Positions 56,136 to 64,000 of a stretch of DNA of 64,000 nt are shown piece after piece. Source of the stretch: Hormoscilla sp. (lineage in GTDB: Bacteria > Cyanobacteriota > Cyanobacteriia > Cyanobacteriales > Desertifilaceae); contig JBFRWI010000002.1 of assembly GCA_051439505.1 (NCBI GenBank), positions 53,595 through 117,594 on the forward strand, given 5' to 3'. Position numbers and translations under genes: made by a program. The number at the start of each line of letters is the position of its first letter. Position 1 is the stretch's first letter. Under the pieces are notes generated by a model. That model ran no database searches. It was not told the DNA's origin and was given only the letters and a program-made list of their open reading frames with translations.

Positions 56136-56960
56136 TTATACTCGATAAGAACACCAATCGCTCCAACTACCAGCATAAAGCTTACCGCCACTCTGGCCCG
56201 CTAGTTCCAGAGATAAGAGGTTCACACAGGCAGTGACGCCCGAACCGCAATATACTATCACTTCGGAGTCTGAGGAGATACTTTCCCACCTGCGACTTTG
56301 CTCTGTCAAGGGCAGCACAAACCCGTCGGCGTCCGTTACCTCTTTCCAGGGGAAATTGACAGCGCCCGGGATGTGACCGGCGATCGGGTCTATCGGTTCC
56401 CGTAGCCCCTGATAGCGATCCGGATCCCGGGAATCGACTAGCATTACACTTGGGTTATCTTTCCTGGCCTTGACGGCTTCAATATCCACCACCCATTGCG
56501 ATCGCACTTGCGGTACAAAAGTACCAGTCCTCGGCGGCGAGACCCGATCGGTAACAGGATATCCAGCTCCCAACCACCCAGTCAAGCCGCCATCCAGTAC
56601 AGCTACTCGGTCATGACCCAAGTAACGCAGCAACCACCAGAGACGGGCAGCAAAAGCAAACCGGGAATCATCGTAGGCCACAACTAGAGTTTCGTCCTTC
56701 GAGACCCCGATCGCTTCCAACTTAGATGCTAATTCATTTGGGTTGGGCAAGGGGTGACGTCCTCTATGACTACTTACTGGGCCAGATAGGTCTTTGTTTA
56801 AGTCCAGATAGTAGGCACCGGGAATATGACCAATCTCATAGAGCTTTTGTCCCTCCGAAGGGTCTGCTAGGGAAAAACGACAATCGACAATTACTACCTG
56901 GGGATCTTCTAGATGATCCTTTAGCCAGGCAGCACCAAAGATTTTCTCAGTCTCAATCAT
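56136..56960 (-). CDS. Two-domain rhodanese sulfurtransferase
   Basis: GHIPGA twice, YCGSGVTAC, LYAGSWSDW. Confidence 0.92.
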   Translation of the reverse strand: MIETEKIFGAAWLKDHLEDPQVVIVDCRFSLADPSEGQKLYEIGHIPGAYYLDLNKDLSGPVSSHRGRHPLPNPNELASKLEAIGVSKDETLVVAYDDSRFAFAARLWWLLRYLGHDRVAVLDGGLTGWLGAGYPVTDRVSPPRTGTFVPQVRSQWVVDIEAVKARKDNPSVMLVDSRDPDRYQGLREPIDPIAGHIPGAVNFPWKEVTDADGFVLPLTEQSRRWESISSDSEVIVYCGSGVTACVNLLSLELAGQSGGKLYAGSWSDWCSYRV

Positions 56961-56974
56961 TTGTCAATATCTAG

Positions 56975-57970
56975 ATGTTTAACGATCACTTTATACCACA
57001 ACCAACGGCTGATGGCTCCTGTACCTTCTTTAGTGCGGAGTTTGACGAGTCTTTTCACTCTCACTACGGGGCCCGTACTGAAGCGATACAGAAGTTTGTC
57101 GTCCCCACCCGACTGATAGCAGTAGCTAAACAACCAAAAGTGCGGTTGTTAGATATTTGTTATGGTCTGGGCTATAACACCGCAGCAGCTTTAGAACAGA
57201 TTTGGACAGTTAATCGGAACTGCCTGGTGGAATGGGTGGGACTGGAGTTAGACCCAACTGTACCCCAAAAGGCGATCGGCCATCATCTTCTGGACTGCTG
57301 GCAGTCCCCCATTCCAGAACTGCTTGCCCAACTAGCAACCACTCACATGTTGCAAACGGACCGCTTGCAAGCTCAGTTGCATGTCGGGGATGCCCGCCAA
57401 ACCATTGTACCAGTCTACAACAGTGGCTTCCAAGCAGATGCCATTTTTCTCGACCCCTTTTCTCCACCCCACTGTCCTCAACTTTGGACTGTGGAGTTTG
57501 TTAATCTCCTGGCCAAATGTCTGGGGCCCTCTGGCTTGCTGGCCACCTATTCGAGTGCCGCAGCAGTCAGAAAGGCACTGCTGTTGGCCGGGTTAAAGAT
57601 TGGCTCCGTGCCACCGGTAGGCAGGCGATCGCCCAGTACCATTGCTAGCATAACCGATCGACATTTGCCCCACGTGAGTTCGACGGATGGGAAAACCCTG
57701 ATTTCTCATCCGGTTGAAAATGCCTCAAACCCGCATGATTGCGTTCGGGAGATCCCCAACTACGAACTACGAACTACGAACTACGAACTCACGTTGCCCC
57801 CACTATCACCTCAAGAACGAGAACACCTGCTTACCCGTGCCGCCATTCCCTACCGGGACCCCAACCTGAGAGACAGTGCCGAGGTGATTATAGAGCGACG
57901 GTGTCGGGAACAGAAAGCATCGGGTCTAGAGGCAACAACTCACTGGCGGAAACGCTGGTTAAAGTCCTAG
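56975..57970 (+). CDS. MnmD (MnmC-N)-like SAM methyltransferase
   Basis: TADGS, ESFHS, LDICYGLGYN, IFLDPFSP, LATYS. Confidence 0.85.
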   Translation: MFNDHFIPQPTADGSCTFFSAEFDESFHSHYGARTEAIQKFVVPTRLIAVAKQPKVRLLDICYGLGYNTAAALEQIWTVNRNCLVEWVGLELDPTVPQKAIGHHLLDCWQSPIPELLAQLATTHMLQTDRLQAQLHVGDARQTIVPVYNSGFQADAIFLDPFSPPHCPQLWTVEFVNLLAKCLGPSGLLATYSSAAAVRKALLLAGLKIGSVPPVGRRSPSTIASITDRHLPHVSSTDGKTLISHPVENASNPHDCVREIPNYELRTTNYELTLPPLSPQEREHLLTRAAIPYRDPNLRDSAEVIIERRCREQKASGLEATTHWRKRWLKS

Positions 57971-58867
57971 CTTTTGCAGCACCGGTTTTGTGGAAACAAC
58001 ATGCTTGTCTAACCCCAGCTGCTTGGGACTGATTCCCAGGGCCAAAGCCACCAGTTGGGGCAAATGGAGCACTGGCAGGCCCAACTTGCGTTCAATTACC
58101 TTTTCCACTTCTGGCTGACGGGAGTCTAAATTCAAATGGCATAGGGGACAAGGAGTTACTATGCAATCAGCACCAGCGGCGATCGCCTCTTGGATATGCA
58201 TCCCCGCCATCTTAAATGACTCGGTAGTAGCATAGCTAGAAATTGGCCAACCACAGCATTGAGTCCGCCCCCGATAATATATTGGTTCAGCCCCAACGGT
58301 TCGGAAGACATTCTCCATTGACTCCGGTTGGTGTGGGTCATCATAGGGCATGTGGGTTTGGGCCCGGAGCAGATAGCAGCCATAGAAAGCCGCACATTTG
58401 AGTCCTGTCAACCGGCGAGTGACCTTTGCTTGTATAGTCTCTAGACCATAATCAGCCACCAAGGCCCATAATAGATGTTTAACCTCCGTACTGCCCCGAT
58501 AGGGGGAACAGCCGCCCTCTTTTGTCAGTAAACCGTTGATCTGTTCTACATAGGCCGGGTCGGTCTGTTGGCATCCCTTGAGGCGCTCGTCTACGTGACC
58601 GATCACCCCCTGACAAGTGCTGCAATGGGTCAGCAGGGGCAGGTTGAGTTCCTCTGCCAGGGCAATATTACGGGCGTTCACAGTATCCTCCAGCAGTTGG
58701 GAATCCTCCTTAAAAGTTCCCGAACCGCAACAGGCCGCCCGTTTCAGCTCAATCAGTTCAATCCCCAAAGCTTGGGTGAGGGCCCCAGTAGACATGTATA
58801 GTTCCCGGCAAGCTCCTTGAGCAACGCAACCGGGAAAATAAGCATATTTTAGGGTTAATGCGGACAT
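57959..58867 (-). CDS. HdrB/SdhE-type CCG-domain Fe-S protein
   Basis: YFPGC, CCGSG, CSTC, FYGC, CCGW, CPLC. Confidence 0.9.
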   Translation of the reverse strand: MSALTLKYAYFPGCVAQGACRELYMSTGALTQALGIELIELKRAACCGSGTFKEDSQLLEDTVNARNIALAEELNLPLLTHCSTCQGVIGHVDERLKGCQQTDPAYVEQINGLLTKEGGCSPYRGSTEVKHLLWALVADYGLETIQAKVTRRLTGLKCAAFYGCYLLRAQTHMPYDDPHQPESMENVFRTVGAEPIYYRGRTQCCGWPISSYATTESFKMAGMHIQEAIAAGADCIVTPCPLCHLNLDSRQPEVEKVIERKLGLPVLHLPQLVALALGISPKQLGLDKHVVSTKPVLQKLGL

Positions 58868-59117
58868 GATATTATCTCCTAGTTGTGAGTGGTTACAGGT
58901 CCTGGTCCCTGGCCATCGATCCCATGCCTACCGTACCATCACAGCCATTACAGAGACAAATTACCTTTCGCAGGATCCCTTTCCGATAAGATCGAAAAAT
59001 GCTTTAGAATTGTACGTCGATGTCTCGGGGGTAGTGCGAGTAGCGCTCCCCCGAGACATCGAACCGCAGTCGGCAAGCCGTTGCGGACTAGGTTGATATA
59101 TTACCCCCGAAGAGGTT

Positions 59118-59369
59118 ATGAGCCAAGAAACAACTTTAGAGAGAGTCCAAAAAATCGTAGTGGAGCAACTAAGTGTGGAGATTGACCAAGTCAAACCAGA
59201 AGCCAGTTTTACTGAGGATCTGGGGGCAGACTCCCTGGATACGGTGGAACTGGTGATGGCCCTAGAGGAAGAGTTCGAGATCGAAATCCCTGACGAAGTC
59301 GCTGAAACAATAGACACGGTGGGCAAGGCTGTAGAGCATATTAAGGAAAAACTGCAAGCTCCAGCCTGA
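59118..59369 (+). CDS. acpP: Acyl carrier protein
   Basis: [20 protein letters not shown]. Confidence 0.97.
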   Translation: MSQETTLERVQKIVVEQLSVEIDQVKPEASFTEDLGADSLDTVELVMALEEEFEIEIPDEVAETIDTVGKAVEHIKEKLQAPA

Positions 59370-59455
59370 TGAGCGCGCAGCAGCGACTCGCGTTGACGTC
59401 GATCGCTGCTTGTCGAAATGAGTTTGTGAGGGCAAGAAGCTGTAGCTAAATCATT

Positions 59456-59775
59456 GGACCCCTTTGGACATTATTCCCAAAATGGGGTTCTATCGTGGTG
59501 TAGTCTATATTGTGTACCAGTACAATAGTATGGAATCGTGAAGTTGTGACACTTAGTAAAAGACAACATGGCGTTATCTCAAAGAGTCTTCCGGTGTGAC
59601 AACTGCGGTCTGGAAATAGATCTTCATCAAAATGCCTCCATTAATTTGGATCTAGCCGCCAGTTAGGTGGTGTTAGCCTGTGGACTGGTCAGTGCCGACA
59701 CTACCAGAGTGAAGCAGGAAGTAAGTTCCAGAGATGTCCAGTGATGGGTAGCTTTGGGCAATTCTTATGTAACGG
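59456..59775 (+). mobile_element. Internally deleted IS607/IS605-type element with TnpB C-terminal remnant and right end
   Basis: Remnant VKDNMALSQRVFRCDNCGLEIDLHQNASINL (zinc ribbon/RuvC-III), then GCCTGTGGA...GTGAAGCAGGAA...TAACGG; GG at both ends. Confidence 0.75.
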
Positions 59776-59802
59776 ATGACGAAAACTGATGACTTTTGAC
59801 AA

Positions 59803-61083
59803 ATGACTTCACGATTTCTCGCGCAGCGTAAACAAGTTGTAGTCACCGGTCTCGGCGCGATTACGCCAATAGGCAATAATCTCGCCGAGTATTGGGAAGG
59901 ATTATTGAGCGGGCGCAATGGCATTGGCCCGATAACCTTGTTCGATGCCTCCAAGCATAAATGTAGAATTGCTGGTGAGGTAAAGAACTACGACCCCCTG
60001 GACTACATGGACGCCAAAGAGGCAAGGCGCATGAGTCGCTTTGCCCAGTTTGCAGTTTCCGCTAGCAAGCAAGCCCTAAAAGATGCCCAGTTCGAGATTA
60101 ATGACTTGAACGCCGAACAGGTGGGGGTGATTATTGGTACGGGGATTGGCGGTCTCAAGGTTCTGGAAGAGCAGCAAGAGATTTACCTGACAAAGGGCCC
60201 TTCTCGCTGTAGCCCGTTCATGATTCCGATGATGATTGCTAATATGGCCGCAGGTTTAACTGCTATTCACACCGGGGCAAAAGGACCCAATAGTTGCCCG
60301 GTAACAGCCTGTGCTTCTGGCTCTAATGCGGTGGGAGATGCCTTTCGCTTGATTCAAGCAGGTTTGGCCCAGGCGATGATTTGTGGGGGGACCGAAGCTG
60401 CTGTTACGCCTTTGTCGGTGGCGGGGTTTGCCAGCGCTAAGGCTCTATGTACTAGCAAGAATTCCGATCCAACCCATGCTAGTCGTCCTTTCGATCGCGA
60501 TCGGGATGGCTTTGTCATGGGTGAGGGGACCGGTATCCTGTTGCTGGAAGAACTAGAACATGCCCGCCAGCGAAAGGCCGAGATCTATGCGGAAATTGTC
60601 GGCTATGGCATGACTTGCGATGCCTATCACATGACTCAGCCAGTCCCGGGCGGCACGGGAGCTGCTCGGGCCATAGCACTCGCGTTGAAGGATGCTGGTT
60701 TAACTCCGGACATGGTAAGTTATATCAATGCTCACGGGACCAGTACCCCAGCAAATGACAGCACGGAAACCGCTGCGATTAAAAAGGCTTTGGGTGAAAG
60801 TGCTTACAAGGTGGCGATTAGCTCGACTAAGTCCATGACCGGTCATCTATTGGGAGGCTCCGGTGGCATAGAAGCTGTGGCTACGGTGATGGCGATCGCC
60901 CATGACAAAGTGCCGCCGACGATTAATTTACAGAACCCAGATCCAGATTGCGATTTGGATTATGTCCCCAACCAGTCCCGGGAAATGCCAGTAGAGGTGG
61001 CCCTGTCCAATTCCTTTGGATTTGGGGGTCACAATGTTACCCTGGCATTCAAAAAGCCCCCTCCCCCTCCGACTGAGTCGTGA
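59803..61083 (+). CDS. fabF: Beta-ketoacyl-ACP synthase II
   Basis: TACASG, NAHGTST, KSMTGHLLG, SNSFGFGG. Confidence 0.96.
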   Translation: MTSRFLAQRKQVVVTGLGAITPIGNNLAEYWEGLLSGRNGIGPITLFDASKHKCRIAGEVKNYDPLDYMDAKEARRMSRFAQFAVSASKQALKDAQFEINDLNAEQVGVIIGTGIGGLKVLEEQQEIYLTKGPSRCSPFMIPMMIANMAAGLTAIHTGAKGPNSCPVTACASGSNAVGDAFRLIQAGLAQAMICGGTEAAVTPLSVAGFASAKALCTSKNSDPTHASRPFDRDRDGFVMGEGTGILLLEELEHARQRKAEIYAEIVGYGMTCDAYHMTQPVPGGTGAARAIALALKDAGLTPDMVSYINAHGTSTPANDSTETAAIKKALGESAYKVAISSTKSMTGHLLGGSGGIEAVATVMAIAHDKVPPTINLQNPDPDCDLDYVPNQSREMPVEVALSNSFGFGGHNVTLAFKKPPPPPTES

Positions 61084-61287
61084 TTTGAAAGTTGAGATTG
61101 GGAAAAGAGAGAGCATAAAAAAAAGAATTTGTCAAGCAAATAAAATTCCCAATCTCAAAGAAAAAAATGCTTTGCCCCATGCAGCGCCTAATGGGAAGAT
61201 GAAGAGGGTAGGGAGGGTAGGCGGTTGAGCGCGCTCCCGACTATTGTTCACCCCAGGCGCTAAATCATTGTCAAGAAGAGAGAAATT

Positions 61288-63297
61288 ATGGCCGTAGCAA
61301 CCCAATCACTCGAAGAAATCTGTATTAACTCTATCCGCTTTCTGGCGATCGACGCTGTAGAGAAAGCCAAGTCCGGCCACCCAGGGCTGCCAATGGGGGC
61401 AGCACCGATGGCATACGTGCTATGGAACCAGTTTATGCGGTATAACCCGAAAAATCCCAAGTGGTTTAACCGCGATCGCTTCGTGCTGTCAGCGGGTCAC
61501 GGCTGTATGTTACAGTACGCCATGCTCTACCTGACAGGTTACGATAGTGTCACGATTGACGATATCAAGCAGTTCCGTCAGTGGGACTCGAAAACCCCCG
61601 GTCACCCAGAAAATTTCATGACCGAAGGGGTGGAAGTGACCACCGGACCCCTGGGACAAGGAATTGCTAATGGGGTCGGTTTGGCTCTAGCTGAAGCTCA
61701 CCTGGCGGCCAAGTTTAATAAGCCTGATGCTAAGATTGTAGACCATTACACCTATGTGATCCTGGGTGATGGTTGCAATATGGAAGGTGTTTCGGGTGAA
61801 GCTTGTTCTTTGGCAGGACACTGGGGTCTGGGCAAGCTGATTGCTCTGTATGATGACAATCATATCTCCATTGATGGTCATACGGATATATCATTTACTG
61901 AGGATGTAGGTAAGCGCTTTGAAGCCTACGGGTGGCACGTGATTACTGTAGATAATCCTAATCTGGATGAAGACACAAATCTCCAAGCGCTGACAGATGC
62001 GATCGCAGAGGCAAAGAAGGTGACGGACAAGCCTTCGATGATTAAGGTCCGCACGATCATTGGTTATGGTTCTCCCAATAAAAAAGATACCCACGGCGTT
62101 CACGGGGCGGCTTTGGGAGAAAGCGAAGTGGAAGCAACTCGCAAAAATCTGGGTTGGGAATACGAACCTTTTGTGGTTCCCGATGACGCGCTGAAGCATT
62201 TCCGCAAAGCTGTAGAACGGGGGGCTTCCTCCGAAGCAGAGTGGAATCAAACCTTTGCTACTTACAAAACTAAGTATCCTGAAGAAGCGAAGGAATTTGA
62301 ACGCATGACTAGCGGGACTCTGCCGGAAGGATGGGAAAAGGTGCTGCCGACCTACAGCCCCGATAAGGGAACTGCGACTCGCAAGCATTCTCAAGCAACT
62401 CTGAATGCCCTGGCTCCGGTGCTGCCGGAAATGATTGGCGGTTCGGCTGATTTGGCTCCTTCAAATTTGACGTTGTTGAAGGTATCGGGAGATTTCCAAA
62501 AGGGACAATACGAGAACCGCAATGTCCGCTTTGGGGTGCGGGAACATGGTATGGGCGCCATCTGTAATGGTATTGCTTTACATGGTTCGGGCTTGATTCC
62601 CTATGGCGCGACTTTCCTGATCTTTACTGATTATATGCGGGCAGCGATTCGTCTGTCTGCTCTTTCCCAAGCTGGGGCGATCTGGGTGATGACTCATGAT
62701 TCGATCGCCCTAGGGGAAGATGGCCCGACTCACCAACCTGTGGAAACTATTGCCTCTCTGCGGGCTATTCCCAATCTGTTGGTGTTCCGCCCTGCAGATG
62801 GAAATGAAACTTCTGGGGGCTATAAGGTGGCGATCGAAAATCGCGATCGCCCGTCTCTGCTGGCATTCACGCGGCAAAATATACCGAACCTGGCCGGAAC
62901 TTCGATTGAAGGTGTCGCGAAAGGCGGTTATATTGTTTCGGACAGCGATGGCACTCCTGACTTGATTCTGATGGCTACGGGTAGCGAACTGCATCTCTGC
63001 ACGGAAGCAGCTGAGAAATTGCGTGCAGAAGGCAAGAAAGTCCGCGTGGTTTCCCTGGTTTGCTGGGAACTGTTTGAAGAGCAAGATGCTGCTTATCAGG
63101 AGTCTGTGTTCCCCAAAGCTGTCACCAAGCGCTTGGCGGTGGAAGCTGGTTCTAGCTTCGGTTGGCACAAGTATGTTGGCACTGAAGGTGCTACTATCAG
63201 TATCGATCGGTTTGGCGTTTCCTCTCCTGGTGGCTTGGCCATGGAGAAGTTTGGCTTCACGGTTGATAATGTGGTAGCTCAGGCGAAGGCACTCTAG
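61288..63297 (+). CDS. tkt: Transketolase
   Basis: [28 protein letters not shown]. Confidence 0.97.
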   Translation: MAVATQSLEEICINSIRFLAIDAVEKAKSGHPGLPMGAAPMAYVLWNQFMRYNPKNPKWFNRDRFVLSAGHGCMLQYAMLYLTGYDSVTIDDIKQFRQWDSKTPGHPENFMTEGVEVTTGPLGQGIANGVGLALAEAHLAAKFNKPDAKIVDHYTYVILGDGCNMEGVSGEACSLAGHWGLGKLIALYDDNHISIDGHTDISFTEDVGKRFEAYGWHVITVDNPNLDEDTNLQALTDAIAEAKKVTDKPSMIKVRTIIGYGSPNKKDTHGVHGAALGESEVEATRKNLGWEYEPFVVPDDALKHFRKAVERGASSEAEWNQTFATYKTKYPEEAKEFERMTSGTLPEGWEKVLPTYSPDKGTATRKHSQATLNALAPVLPEMIGGSADLAPSNLTLLKVSGDFQKGQYENRNVRFGVREHGMGAICNGIALHGSGLIPYGATFLIFTDYMRAAIRLSALSQAGAIWVMTHDSIALGEDGPTHQPVETIASLRAIPNLLVFRPADGNETSGGYKVAIENRDRPSLLAFTRQNIPNLAGTSIEGVAKGGYIVSDSDGTPDLILMATGSELHLCTEAAEKLRAEGKKVRVVSLVCWELFEEQDAAYQESVFPKAVTKRLAVEAGSSFGWHKYVGTEGATISIDRFGVSSPGGLAMEKFGFTVDNVVAQAKAL

Positions 63298-63441
63298 GGT
63301 TAAAACCCCGTTTTTCTCCTGTTGGGGGTGTGGCCAAAACCCGCCATCGCGTGCATGGGATCTCCCGAGCAGTTCGACTTGCGCTCACTGCTTGCGGTGA
63401 GCGTAGTCGAACCGCAAGTCGCACCGATCCCCCCGCCTTGG

Positions 63442-63545
63442 GTAGTTCGTAGTTCGTAGTTCGTAGTTCGTAGTTGGACAGCAGAGAGCTTCAGTAGTTC
63501 GTAGTTCGTAGTTCGTAGTTCGTAGTTGGACAGCAGAGAGCTTCA
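63442..63545. repeat. Two tandem 52-bp units of (GTAGTTC)4-GTAGTTGGACAGCAGAGAGCTTCA
   Basis: Exact tandem duplication. Confidence 0.9.
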
Positions 63546-63636
63546 AATGACCACAGAGCAAGGGTTATAGTGTTATTGACTAACTAATCAAATTAACAAA
63601 TAATTTTGCACAACTACTTATAACATCGATACCGCC

Positions 63637-64000
63637 TCGGATCGTCTCCCCGCCGCAGTCGGATGATCTCCCCGCCTTGGTCGGATCGTCTCCCCGCCTT
63701 GGTCGGAGCGTCTCCCCGCCGCAGTCGGATCGTCGCCCCGCCGCAGTCGGATCGTCTCCCCGCCTAGGTCGGATCGTCTCCCCGCCTTGGTCGGATCGTC
63801 TCCCCGCCGCAGTCGGATCGTCTCCCCGCCGCAGTCGGATCGTCTCCCCGCCTTGGTCGGATCGTCTCCCCGCCTTGGTCGGATCGTCTCCCCGCCGCAG
63901 TCCGAGGATCTCCCCGCCGCAGTCCGAGGATCTCCCCGCCGCAGTCCGAGGATCTCCCCGCCGCAGTCCGAGGATCTCCCCGCCGCAGTCCGAGGACTGT
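63637..64000. repeat. 22-bp GC-rich minisatellite (~16.5 units)
   Basis: 12 units of roughly TCGGATCGTCTCCCCGCC(GCAG/TTGG), then 4+ units TCCGAGGATCTCCCCGCCGCAG; no spacers. Confidence 0.92.

Noticed and set aside
57959..58867. Methanogen-type heterodisulfide reductase pathway
   Set aside because: A lone HdrB-like CCG protein is ordinary in cyanobacteria; no hdrA or hdrC nearby.
63637..64000. Possible CRISPR array
   Set aside because: Units are contiguous with no unique spacers, and no cas genes are in the window.

Overview
Bacterial chromosomal window, almost certainly from a filamentous cyanobacterium: HIP1 (GCGATCGC) is very frequent, heptamer STRR tracts and REP-like palindromes are common, and pds/crtB, nblB and xisH/xisI are present. 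The backbone is housekeeping (polA, pds-crtB, rsgA, sodA, rpiA, fumC, pgm, leuA, acpP-fabF-tkt) plus several signalling genes. Accessory features: (1) a tandem pair of integrase-less cassettes built as core-armC-[cargo]-armA-core-armC-[cargo]-armA-core, carrying an ietAS-like AAA ATPase/S8 protease pair and a LarA-like gene (34552-40484); (2) an intact-looking IscB with upstream omega-RNA but no transposase; (3) a probable IS607/TnpB-derived miniature element keeping its right-end RNA region between acpP and fabF; (4) a two-component system beside OB-fold genes, with three matching TGTCAY direct-repeat promoters; (5) a 744-bp gene-end duplication bracketing a toxin-antitoxin island; (6) a PolA with degenerate proofreading motifs. 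I found no rRNA, tRNA or CRISPR array. All family calls come from motif recognition by eye; no database search was run.
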